The notes under the pieces are model-generated. The model made no database searches. It was not told the DNA's origin and saw nothing but the letters and a program-made list of their open reading frames with translations. From Octopus bimaculoides (lineage: Eukaryota), in the NCBI RefSeq assembly GCF_001194135.2, contig NC_068997.1:55520530-55584529 (forward strand): a DNA stretch of 64,000 nucleotides, read 5' to 3'. Shown here piece by piece: positions 11,895 through 23,085 of this stretch; within the stretch, counting starts at the first letter, position 1; each line of letters opens with the position of its first letter. The translations under genes were made by a program, and so were the position numbers.

Positions 11895-12110
11895 TGCATA
11901 TTACACATACACATATGTACACACAAACTTACATATATACATATATATTTATATGTATATATACACATGTAAACACCTATATACATGTATATATGCATGT
12001 ATATATATGTATATATACACATGTGTAAACACATATATAATTACATATATACAAACATATGCTTACATGTATACAAATATATATATAATTATATTTATAT
12101 ACATACACAA

Positions 12111-12154
<44 letters not shown>

Positions 12155-12431
12155 CAATTTCATTGGTCTCGGATCCTAGAGCTCACTGTTTTAAGCTTAC
12201 CAATGTGTACAAGCTACTGAACATGACTATGAATTGGTGGTTGAACTTTTGGCAGATAATGTTTCCAAAATCCATAATGTTCATAGAATTAATGTAATTA
12301 CTAACAAAGAGGGTGGCGGGGACAAATTGTTTCACATATATACAGACATACACATATATACAAATATGAATATATACACACACACACAAACACAAACATA
12401 TACACATTTATACACTCATATGTGTATATAT

Positions 12432-12469
<38 letters not shown>

Positions 12470-12473
12470 CAAC

Positions 12474-12522
<49 letters not shown>

Positions 12523-12555
12523 CATTTACCGATATACATACATATATACATGTAC
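11895..12555. repeat. Compound (TA)/(CA)/(CATA) microsatellite field with a ~180-bp unique island (12153-12330)
   Basis: Visible runs, which account for the low-complexity ORFs at 11866-12662. Confidence 0.95.
12201..12300 (-). other. Candidate exon inside the microsatellite field (strand ambiguous)
   Basis: Minus: CCCTCTTTGTTAG acceptor and TTG|GTAAGC donor, reading NYINSMNIMDFGNIICQKFNHQFIVMFSSLYTL. Plus 12196-12293 in the same register reads YQCVQATEHDYELVVELLADNVSKIHNVHRIN. Confidence 0.2.
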
Positions 12556-13265
12556 AAATATTTATGGTTGTGACTAAGACGATGGAGGTTGCTGGTCTGC
12601 TGACTAGCATCCTCTGTCACTTCAGTGACGACTATTTGTTGCCCTTCAGTTGTAAATTATGAATAGCCACTTTGATAATTTATACATATATTTATATATA
12701 CACTTACACACAAATACACTCCAGTCAGTTGCAAGACTCTTAAAGCCAGATCTGAGAACTATAAATAGTCCATTATTTCTCTACTCATCTCTTTTTGCAA
12801 TTTAAGATACTGCAAACAATTATGGTTGCTGATCACTGTTAGACTAAAAACTTTAGCACCCACTCAATGACAAACCAGACCTGTTTTATCTTCTGGTCAA
12901 AGACTCAGTTACTTGATCAAGATATATTCATGTAAGCTAATTTTTATCTTCTTAACATCATAGAAAATGTTATTACCTGATCTGAATACTTTTATGTAAA
13001 CTATTTTTTGACTCATCACAAAGGATGCACAAAGTTTCAAACCCTTTATCATTGCCAAAGACTCTATCACTTGATTTGAATACATTTATGCAAACAAAGT
13101 TTTGACATCACAGAGGATACACAAGACCTCACACTTTACTTTTGAAAATCTTTTTAAATAAATGAAACCGGTTAAGTTAATAAATACTTTTAAAAGAATC
13201 CTGCATTTTCAGATTCTTTTCCTTATATTTTTACTCGTGTGGTAACCCCCATCTTTACTTTGTTT

Positions 13266-13303
<38 letters not shown>

Positions 13304-13342
13304 TACATACACACACACATACATACATACATATAAATTAAC

Positions 13343-13457
13343 TTGCAGGCAATTTGAAAGACTGCAAAATTAACAAAACCAACGAGATGATGAATGAAGA
13401 TTTGACATTTGAGAAGTAGTAACGCTTGCCTGGAAAGACTCTCACCTGCTCCAATCC
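13343..13457 (-). other. Candidate exon (12-nt GLEQ microexon 13446-13457, or 115-nt GLEQVRVFPGKRYYFSNVKSSF...)
   Basis: TTATTTTTACATTAG acceptor; CAG|GTGAGA donor after 12 nt, or a weak GCAA|GTTAAT donor after 115 nt; no homologue recognised. Confidence 0.2.
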
Positions 13458-15029
13458 CTAATGTAAAAATAATCAATAGAAAAAGCCTTAAAATGTAATA
13501 CTTTTCCTCTTAATGAACATTAGATAGAGAAGAAGTGTAGCTGTGTGTTATTTGATCTTCACATAATGAGCATAATGAGATCTATGAGCATTTGAAATAA
13601 CCTGCCAATTTACATCCAATGTTAACAAATTAAGACTTAATTAATGACATGAGATCTTCCTATAACTAAATAAAGAGTGATGTTACCAACTTGATAAAAA
13701 TATCTTATAAAGCCTTAAGGTAGTGAGTAAATCTTGTTGAGTTTGACACAAGATTTTTACAGAGATAGATTGCATTGCAGATTACAAAGAAATGGCAACA
13801 AAACAAGCAAACAGCAAATAAATTGAGCTAGTTTTGTCCTTCCTTCAGGTGTAACAATATTTAGCTAAATTTACATTTCAGACCAGAACATAATTCTTGT
13901 ATATTTTTTTTTATTCATGACAGAATATTTCCATGTACTTTCTTTTTGTATCTATTACAAATTTTTATTTTGTTCTTATAACACAAACTGACACAATTCA
14001 TTTAATTCTTGAAAAAAATCTCAGATGATTATTTAAATTATGATGAAGCAGAAGTGTGAATAGAATCAAATAATTGCCTAGGAAAAAAAATAACTATTGC
14101 TACTTTTTCTAATGATGTTCCATCAGAAAAATTAATTTTCTGGTAGCAAATATTTGGAAAAAAATAAAATTTGAGATTAGACTATTATTTCCTGCTATCA
14201 GATTTGGATTAATCTTCAGCTCAACCCCCTAAATCGACTTGGAGACACATTTTTTTCTAAGAAATCTGCATGAATGCTTGAAAAAAGTATTTAAATTTTA
14301 AATTAGATTTTAGAAAATTATTGAGTAAAAAACTTCTATTCATTGTTGATAAGGATGTATTGTAAAACTTGATAAGATGCCAACAATTAATGCAAAAACA
14401 TGCAACATTTACTTGGCCATACTTAAATAAAGTTGGCACCAGTTAAAGGTCATTTTAACTTTTTTTTCCAAAATACAGCCAACAAAAGCTTCTTTGATGT
14501 AATAATTCAATATAATAAAATAAAATAATCTAGAAGAAAATTTGAAAATATCTCCAGTTTCCTCTAATGATAATTTCAATATTGGTCAATATCAGATATA
14601 ATTCTCTTTGAATATTGACTGAGTCCATATTTTGAGAGAATATTCCCTTATGCCTAATCAGAGGTTTGAGGTTAGAAAACAAGACTATTTTAATATCTAT
14701 AATCATAAGACATTACTGCCATAGAATAAGACAGATTCAAATTATTCTAATTGTTTTAAATTAGATCACAAATGATAAATGATTGAGAAGTTAGAGATAT
14801 TCACAAAAGTGAAAAGTATTTTTTGAAAAATTGTTTCCTTTTCCAAAAAGGAAACCACATTTTTAAAAAGAAAAGGAAAAGACACGTGGGTATTTACTAA
14901 GATATTTCATTCAAGAAAGGCAAAAAAGACAACTTTGAAAGCTAAATTAATTAAAGAGTGAATGATGTGAATCTGATTTTTGGTCAGTTTTTGTCTATCA
15001 AATCCACTTAAAGAGGGAGAGAGTGTGTG

Positions 15030-15120
15030 TGTGTGTGTGAAGAAATTTGCTTTCAAAACACATTGTTTCAAGTTCAATCCCACTGCATTGTACCTTGGGC
15101 AAGTGTCTTCTACTACAGCC
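15030..15120 (+). mobile_element. SINE family A head fragment
   Basis: AAGAAATTTGCTTTCAAAACAC...AAGTTCAATCCCACTGCATTGTACCTTGGGCAAGTGTCTTCTACTACAGCC. Confidence 0.75.
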
Positions 15121-15509
15121 TTAAGATTCGATAATAGAGCTTCGCTCTATTAACCAATCTTATCCAAGGTTTGCTAGTGATACTTTGAGGAAAGGCTATG
15201 GAATTCTCTGTATTTCAGAAGCTTGAAAAAAGAGCCATCAAGATCAATACATTTTGATGGCTTTGAATAAAAGAGTTGATGATCGATGGGTTCAGAAGAA
15301 TGCCACCTTGTCATAGGCCTAGGCTTGATCAATCTAGAACAGGTCTATTGAATAAGGGAGTATGTTGTAAGAGCCAAAACACCCAACAATTTCAGAACAC
15401 AACACTGATGTGTCCAAGCACTGCATCCATAGATGTTACACTGAACTTACATACACACATACATCTACGTATTAAATGGATTGATTTTCATACTAACTCT
15501 CCTCTCAAT

Positions 15510-15630
15510 ACGGCATGTGGCCCAGTGGTTAAGATGTTACTGTCAAGATTGCCAGATTGTGGGTTCGCTTCTCAGACTGGATAATTTATTGTGTTCTTGA
15601 TCAAAACATTTCATTTCACATTGCTCTAGT
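15510..15630 (+). mobile_element. SINE family F head (tRNA-like A/B boxes)
   Basis: GGCATGTGGCCCAGTGGTTAAG...GTGGGTTCGCTTC...TGTGTTCTTGATCAAAACATTTCATTTCACATTGCTCTAG; homologous to 36955-37300 and 49430-49555. Confidence 0.7.
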
Positions 15631-15914
15631 TCTGTGTGGGGTTGACTAGCATGCCAAAGAATAGACCCAACATTTCCTCAGCAGGTTGTAAAAGGCAACT
15701 AAAAGTGGTTGAGGTAGGATTTGCTCTCTGACCTTGTAAAGAATATTAGATATACTTGAACGACTCGTGGTGAGTGATGATGGTGATGATGATGATGATC
15801 TTGGTTATTAACTAGTATTAAATACAATTCTGATATTAGCTTAATAAGTCATGTGATCTACACGTAATATGGAATATTATACATTAACCAAGATTTCTAT
15901 TCAAAAACGATATT

Positions 15915-16110
15915 GCATTGTTGCTTAGCCTCAAGTCATTCCAGGCTCATGGCCGAAAAGGTTCCAGCCATAAGCATTCCATCTTGTTGAATATTTGCTA
16001 CTACATTGTTTATAGTAAATATTTCAAATGATAGAGTATAAATTAAGGGAGATTTGGTAGTTATTTCTAGCAATTAAACAACCACATTGAAACCTTTTTG
16101 CTGCTTCATA
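15915..16110 (+). mobile_element. Family E copy
   Basis: TTGTTGCTTAGCCTCAAGTC...GGTTCCAGCCATAAGCATTCC...GGGAGATTTGGTAGTTATTTCTAGCAATTAAACAACCAC. Confidence 0.55.
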
Positions 16111-16717
16111 AAGTACAAGATATCTAATAAAGACAGTTGGCTTCAGTCCTCTGTTCTTAAAGCTGCAACACTAAATTATTTTTATAATTAGAGTGCGAAA
16201 CTTATTTTTAATTTATATTTTCCACAAATCATGTCAAAATACACAGATTCAGGCATGAAATTTTAGAAATGGTGTCAAATTAATTAATACGCTTCCAAAG
16301 AAGAAATCCATATTGTTTCTTTCAATTTACAGCTCACCTCACAGTAGCTGAAAACTGACAACTTATATGTTCACAGATGGTAAGTCTGAAAGATAGAATC
16401 TGCCAAAGTTGTTAAACCATAAACAAAATGAAATTCTTTACATATACATAACCACTTTACGAATCCCTATCACATTTACATCAACACTACTAGTTAGAGG
16501 AAGAGGAAAATGTTTTCATAGTAACATTCTGTTAACCATGTTTTATAATGGTTTACAACAAATATTTTCTCTTAACCTAACACCGACCACTGTTCAGTAA
16601 TATCAGATCATCCTATATAGATGGATTCCCTGAATTTCATTAAACAATTTCTTTCAACAGTTCTTGGCACTCATTGGCTACCAGTTTTGTACTGCTGAGT
16701 TATCAGAAATTATAACG

Positions 16718-17090
16718 AAACCCTTTTCTTACAATATTTCTGTTGAATACTTTCTTTGTTTCAATTAATTTTGAAAATAATAATTAACTTTTTAAGGTAG
16801 CATCTGACAAAATCATTACCATGCTGGACAAATGCTTTGTGGTATTTCATCTACCTTTATGTTCTGAGTTCAAATTCCACCAAGGTCGACTTTGCCTTTC
16901 ATTCTTTTGGGGTCGATAAATTAAATCACCCACCACCACCATGTGAAACATGGAGGTGGGGGCTGATGTAACTGACTATTCCCCTCCCCTAAAGTTTCAG
17001 GTCTTGTTTTTATTGCACAAAAGATTATGAAGTTGGCATAACATAAATTTTTTGATAAAAAGTTTTTATTTAGATCTTTAAATAATATAG
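16718..17090 (+). mobile_element. TTAA-type MITE (family D) interrupted by a SINE B insertion
   Basis: ACCCTTTTCTTACAATATTTCTGTTGAA...TTTCAATTAATTTTGAAAATAAT at 16718-16790, resuming at ~17030 (AGTTGGCATAACATAAAT...TTTTATTTAGATC) as in the intact copy at 61459-61694. Confidence 0.6.
16795..17030 (+). mobile_element. SINE family B copy
   Basis: TTCTGAGTTCAAATTCCACCAAGGTCGACTTTGCCTTTCATTCTTTTGGGGTCGATAAATTAA. Confidence 0.8.
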
Positions 17091-17403
17091 ATATTAATAA
17101 TAGAATTTGTATGATAGTGCTAAGGAAAGTCTTAGATTGATTGCTATTAAAAGGGTCACAGTAGACAAAAAGGCTATGACAAAATCTGCTACACTTTTAC
17201 CTCACTTCATTCAAATTTCATCTGCCACCCATAATGTTGAGCAAGGCTCTCATATATCCCTTCCCATGGCATCCAAATTACCACTTATCTTGTTAGGTTT
17301 GATATTGGCTAATTGTGAAAGGATGGTATGTTATGCAGTGTAAGGCTTAGTGGTAGAAGTTTCAGAAGGAGCTGCTGAAACATGGTAACACCTCTCATCT
17401 ACG

Positions 17404-17435
<32 letters not shown>

Positions 17436-18361
17436 TGCATACTCAAGCACGTATGCAATATATAAAAGTACATGAAGAATAGGAGAAAATAAATTAGAGA
17501 AAAATCTAAACCAGAAACTGGATTGAGACATTTAAAATTCCTTTATAGAATTTGTATATTATTCATCTTTTATGTAGATGAGTTTCAAGTCTTCGCTCCA
17601 TTTCACTGGCAGTAATAAATTCAGAAAAAATAACAATGCAAAGAACAGAAGATAAATACAATAATGGCTTCCATTTACTTCAAGATTTCAAAATTATTTG
17701 TTATATTTTCTAAATACTGTAATCATAATATATTTCTAAAAGCAGCCATAATTTAAAAGAGCATAAATAAAAAGTTTTAAAAATTCAGCAGAATCTCTTC
17801 TATTATTCATTTTTAGGACAAATATTCTATTGCAGTTGTCAGTTAATATTTCAGACCTGTGCATGAATAGAGAAGTTGATGCAATATGGAATATTATGTG
17901 TTATGTTTATTTAAACCTATATTTATTTTATTTGTTTCATTATCATTTTCGTAGAATAAAATAAAATAAAGCTTCCCACCATTCAGCTATAATTTTACCA
18001 GTTACGAATCATTAATTTAACTTCTTTTTTTCTTTTTTATCTGTTCTTTTATATCAGTCAATATTAGGGCAGTAAATATGCCAGACAGAACAAGCATACA
18101 TTGCATCAGGTACTTTTCTTTATCTATTCAATATGAGAAGAAGAAAAAAAAAAAACGAATTTAAAACATTTTTATATTTAATTTAGAATATGTTCACTTT
18201 TCTCTGTTTAAAAGGAATGAAAAAAAAAATGCTGGAAATATATAAAGGTAAGATACATAAAGCAGATTAATGGAAAAGTATGAAGCAATTTACAGAAATC
18301 AATATTTAATGGCACACTAATATAAAAGTATTTGAGGGTTATTTACATGAATAATTCATAC

Positions 18362-18397
18362 TTGGTATACTAGGATAATTTTAATACCAGGGTCACT
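18362..18397 (-). other. Candidate 36-nt phase 0-0 exon (SDPGIKIILVYQ)
   Basis: CTGTTATACCTTCTGCAG acceptor and CAA|GTATGA donor; only one frame open; no homologue recognised. Confidence 0.25.
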
Positions 18398-18498
18398 CTG
18401 CAGAAGGTATAACAGACGCATACACACACAGGCACATACATATGTAGGATATGTGCATGCATGTATACACATACAAAAACGTAGAATATATATGTAAT

Positions 18499-18535
<37 letters not shown>

Positions 18536-18536
18536 C

Positions 18537-18815
18537 TCGACCCATGCTAGCATGGAAGGCGGATGTTAAACGATGATGATGATAATGACGATATATTTTT
18601 TGATTCATTTTTTCTTTTACTTGTTTCAGTCCTTTGACTGTGGCCATGCTGAAGCACTGCCTTTAGTCAAACAGATCGCCCCCAGAACTCATTCTGTGTT
18701 AGTCTAGTTCTTATTCTATTGCTCTGTTTTGCCAAACTGCTAAGTTACAGGGATGTAAACACACCAAAATCAGTTGTCAAGCGATGGTGAGGGGACAAAT
18801 ACAGACACACAAATG
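18537..18815. mobile_element. Family C tail (18537-18590, plus) next to a family A 3' half (18608-18815, minus)
   Basis: ACCCATGCTAGCATGGAAGGCGGATGTTAAACGATGATGAT; TTCTTTTACTTGTTTCAGTCCTTTGACTGTGGCCATGCTGAAGCACTGCC...GGGGACAAATACAGACAC. Confidence 0.75.
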
Positions 18816-18918
18816 CATATATATATANNNNNNNNNNNNNNNNNNNNNNNNNNNNNNNNNNNNNNNNNNNNNNNNNNNNNNNNNNNNNNNNNNNNNNNNN
18901 NNNNNNNNNNNNNNNNNN

Positions 18919-18994
18919 TATATATAACAGGTTTCTGTTATATATATATATATATATAACAGGTTTCTGTTATATATATATATATATATAACAG
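18919..18994. repeat. 32-bp-period foldback minisatellite: AACAG-GTTT-CTGTT cores within (TA)n
   Basis: Cores start at 18926, 18958 and 18990 (last one partial), directly after an N-gap. Confidence 0.9.
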
Positions 18995-19139
18995 ATTGTA
19001 TACCATTCTTTTATTCAAGCTCTACGAAACTGTACTTAACTTGCAAAGCTTTCTTAATTATATTTCTAATGAAATTCATAATAATTACATTTAAATTATT
19101 TTTGAAAGTAAGCATATACAGGGAAGTTAGAGAAAATTA

Positions 19140-19292
19140 TCAAACATTTCCATTATTAATTTGATGTTTGAAACCTAACTGAAGTAGAATTATGATGTAA
19201 TGTAATAATTTCAATATGAACATTTTAAATCAGTGTTGTTTGTATCATAAAATTAGAAGTAGTTTTAAGTGGGTGGATATCAAAACCGTTTT
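19140..19292 (+). mobile_element. Family D MITE 3' half, degenerate
   Basis: CATTATTAATTTGATGTTTGAAAC...GTTTGTATCATAAAA...GGGTGGATATCAAAACCGTTTTAA parallels the 3' half of 61459-61694. Confidence 0.45.
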
Positions 19293-21159
19293 AATTGATA
19301 GTAGAGAAAGAAAAGTTCATTTCAATTTAATTCTAAAAAGATAGAAAATATTAATTGAAACCAGCATGAAGACATTGTGTGGTGTGTTGCTAAAGCAATC
19401 AATCCCAACAAGTTAGCATTTCTTAACACTCAGTAAATTGTGAAGATATTGAAGCAATGCAGTATAGCAATTGTTGAAGTAATTTTACGGAGAATTTGAG
19501 GTAACAGATGAAGCAATAAAATTTGTCATTATTTCCTATCATCATCTCAGATTGGGAGGAAATATTTCAGTGCAATTGAGTTGGCATTGGAATGTTGGAC
19601 CAAAGATATGATATTTCAAAAAACAAAATCCTTAAAACAGTATTTGTTGCCTTGGAGTAAATTTATTACAAGATCTCTGTTCTATAAACTTTTGAGTTCA
19701 GAGAAAATTTACTTGAAAGAGAATAGAAATTTATAAATAAATTTTCTTTTTCTTTTTGTGGTGATGAGTGGGGGTGGGGAACTAGATGACAACATCTAAC
19801 CTTTTGATAATAGTTAGGGGCAGGTTGATGATGATGATGATAGTTCCTATAATTTACATTTCAAGTTTTTGAGAGCAAGGTAGGATAAACAAAACTGCTA
19901 AAGATGCATTGATAGAAACCAGTCCATGTTCACTAATTTTTGCAAGGGATTTAAACTTTTACACACAAGAAACTAAATTTTCCAACTGAGATAATAAAAT
20001 GAAACATAAAATACACTTTGATAAATCACAACCAAATACAATTTTTGTATATGATTCTATACATTGCTTAAAATTATGTCACAGTCATTGATGATCATAT
20101 ATTTTATACCCAACTAGACTGCTTTCAATGCTATCTACTGATTAGTATGAATAATGGCTGTTTGTAAAGATCAAATGCAGTTGAACCATAGCTTGACACT
20201 GACCAATAAAGAAATAAACAAGTCTCTGTTGTATTTTATGGAAGTTCTCTGGCACTAAGCAATTACCAAATTGAAGTTTTATTGATTGAATTATGTTAAT
20301 AATTTAATTCAAAGCTTTGTTTTGTTTTTGTTTTTGTTTTCTGCAAACAGCCTTTTAGGCACCAAACTGAGATTACAGTCAACAAAAACAAAAACAAAAA
20401 TACTAAAAGTCAAAAACAAAAGATCCTCAAAACAAAAACTTATATGAATATGGAAAAACAAAACAAATTAGTCCAATTTCTCTGAGACTACATTGAAGTA
20501 ATGACAAAATAAAGATGAACAAAAAAAAAAAAAAAAAAAAAAGAAATAAAAGATATACACAAAGAATGAATTAGTGGAGAATGATGTATGTCAGACGTAG
20601 TAATTTCACTGTTCTATTGTGTGATGAGAGAGTTTGCATTAGAAATTGTGGCTGTAATGTTTAGTAGCAACTAGATTCCAAAAAAATGTCTGTTATTAGC
20701 ATCCCAAAATAATAATTGCAAAAGGAGTTATTATAGCAGTGGCTTATTAAATCACTATTATTTCTAATTCTTTCGGTTTTTCTGTCTTTTCTATTTTCCA
20801 TTATAATTGAGCTAATGTATATGCCAAAACATGCTACAGCTGCTTCTACTACTACTATTAATAATAATAATAATAATAATAACAACAGCTCAACAACTAT
20901 TACAGTTAATCTCACCCTGTTGTTCTATATGTCAAATCTATATGATCAAGCAGTAATGATCTTTACTGATTTCCAAATTTGTCTGATGTTATTTGAGATT
21001 CTGTGATGTAGACTTCACAGAGGACAAAAATATTGAAAGGAGATGGGGAGGGTACACAATTTAAATGATAAGTTAATTATGGACAGTAGCATACAGAAGC
21101 TTATTATTATTTGCTGTTTTCATCATAGGAATACTTAAGACAGATCCTCTAAAAGATCA

Positions 21160-21430
21160 TTCAAATTACTAGAAAGAGCAGCCAAAAGCTCACTCAAATC
21201 ACAGCCTACTGTATTAAAAGAGAAGACAAACTGGGTTAGTGTACCCCAAATAGAAAAGAGGGATAGGCACAGCTTGAATACCTTTAACCCTTTTGTAACC
21301 CTATTTCTGTTGAGATGCTCTGTGTTTCTTTCAATTAAATCTACATATAACAAAGACTTTAGTAAAATAACTTAGTTATCATTAAGCTGGTGCTAGGAAC
21401 ATAAATTGTGACTATGATTTTGAAAACAAA
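21160..21430. mobile_element. Family E fragment (minus) followed by family D MITE 5' half (from TTAA at 21284)
   Basis: CTAGAAAGAGCAGCCAAAAGCTCACTCAAATCACAGCCTAC; TTAACCCTTTTGTAACCCTATTTCTGTTGAGATG...TTAGTAAAATAAC...CATTAAGCTGGTG. Confidence 0.65.
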
Positions 21431-21467
21431 ACATTTTTTAAAATATCATATGGCTGTGTTATTTTTT

Positions 21468-21598
21468 TTAACCCCATCAAGGAGGTTATGTTTTTGCCGG
21501 CGTTGGTTTGGGAAATTGGGCGATTTTCAGCATGCGTGTCTATGGGTGGAAATGAGCTGCTTGGCGGAGGTCTGTGCTCTCCGAGTGCTTTTCTACTT
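21468..21598 (+). mobile_element. Helentron/HINE-like non-autonomous rolling-circle element
   Basis: 5' TTAACCCCATCAAGGAGGTTATGTTTT; 3' subterminal TTGGCGGAGGT (inverse of the decayed 5' ACCTCCGCCAA), then a small GTGCTC-TCC-GAGTGC hairpin-like stretch and TTTTCTACTT. Confidence 0.55.
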
Positions 21599-22548
21599 AG
21601 TAATGTTTTGCATTTTATGCAACTGGGTCTTTTATTTCTTTTTTCTTTTATTTAGTAAAATTTGAATGGTTATCTTTGATATAAATTGCAGAGTGGAATG
21701 ATTCAGGTGGTGGGATAATCTTCTTATCTGACTTCCAACAGTCTATGCAGCTAAAATTAGAGTCAAACATCATTCTTTCACTAGAGAATTGAAAAGAGCT
21801 CCCCATCGTTTTCATACATAATTACTGATCAATCTCACACTTTAAAGATCAGCTCAGTGATGCCATCCACAGTCAGTCATTCACTGATGATGAAATATTT
21901 TATAAATTATACGGAAACTATTTTACACCTATTTCTTCCTGCAAACAACAGTTAAATAAAAACAAAAACATTCATGGTATAATATTGGCCACATTATAAC
22001 ATTCAAAATGTTTACAGGTTACATTTCAAAGATATTCTATAAAAAAAAAACTTCACTTTTCTTCATGTTAGTGACCTACATCTCTTTAAGCAAAGTAAAT
22101 ATATTGCATAAAGAAGCCAGAAGATTTTAATATGGCAATTTTAATTACAATTTTACAAACGGTCGAATCCTTATAAAGAATCTGTTATCTTTTGGAGTTT
22201 CTTTACTTTCAATTGTTCATGAAATTAACAGCTGGATTTATGTTGATAGATGTTTAAATGTAGAAGTATCAGTTACTGAAGATAGATTTTGATATAAGAG
22301 ATACACATTCAACTGATGCTAATACAGAACATTAGCTGTAATCTCTTCATGATGACAGAAATACTTAAAAGCCCTTCCAGTTAAATAAACAGAATTGTCA
22401 TGTCAGATTAAATCAATCTATTGCCTTTTAGCAACCAAATTGGTATAAGGAACTATTCAAAAAAGGTCTTTTTACAAACTTAATTTGTATTCTGATATTA
22501 AATTTCTGCTTTGAAATTAACCACTTTGAAAAATATGTTTATAATTAC

Positions 22549-22646
22549 TATGTACCACATAATCCATTAATATGTACCGCATGACCCATCAGTATGTACC
22601 ACATAGTTATTTCTATGAGGCATGTAGATATTACTGTACCTCATAG
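22549..22646. repeat. Degenerate 22-bp tandem repeat (TATGTACC(A/G)CAT core) ending in an 8-bp hairpin
   Basis: Cores at 22549, 22571 and 22593; CTATGAGG (22613-22620) is the reverse complement of CCTCATAG (22639-22646). Confidence 0.7.
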
Positions 22647-22699
22647 CTAAGAAGTAATATCAAAGCCAGATAAAAAAAAATGATTATCAAAGGGTTGTG

Positions 22700-23085
22700 T
22701 ATTTCCTACTCAACTATATTAGAGATTGAAACATAATTAAAATTATAATTAAATAGATTAGAAGATATGAATATAGATGTGTTTGATGATCTGATGGGAG
22801 AACAAAAATAACCAATGATGAAGTGTGAAGAGTGGCAAAAACTAAAATTCTATTTGACACCATCAAAGAGAGAAGACTAAAATATTTGGACACTTAATTA
22901 GATAAAATGGATTGTGGAAACTGTTAATAGTAGGTGAATTGGAAAAAATGATGAAGAGAGAACTAAGAATTATATGGATGGATAATAGGAAAAAAAATAG
23001 ATGTAATACAGGCAATGTACAGGAAAGATCAAAATGGCGCTCCATGGTATTCAACCTGCTGAGAAGTGATGGCATTTGATGAAGA
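22700..23085 (+). mobile_element. 5'-truncated RTE-clade LINE, RT C-terminus (older family)
   Basis: Frameshifted translation ...KITNDEV*RVAKTKILFDTIKERRLKY/GHLIR*NGLWKLLIVGELE...WMDN.../NVQERSKWRSMVFNLLRSDGI* (stop 23077-23079) matches the recalled RTE end TNEEVL...LLxTIKxRKLxxFGHxxR...DRxxWRxM. Confidence 0.75.

Noticed and set aside
11866-12662. His/Thr/Ile/Tyr- and Cys/Val-rich ORFs (also 55975-56344, 59383-59778, 62642-62887)
   Set aside because: Translations of (CA)n, (TA)n, (CATA)n and (TCTA)n microsatellites.
15510-15590. Possible tRNA gene (also at other SINE heads)
   Set aside because: A/B-box-like motifs continue straight into SINE bodies and I cannot fold a full cloverleaf, so these are tRNA-derived SINE heads.
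18038-18089. Plus-strand 52-nt exon candidate (NIRAVNMPDRTSIHCI)
   Set aside because: The donor falls in a degraded antisense SINE B fragment (GGTACTT...TTTATC) and the acceptor is a generic T-tract.
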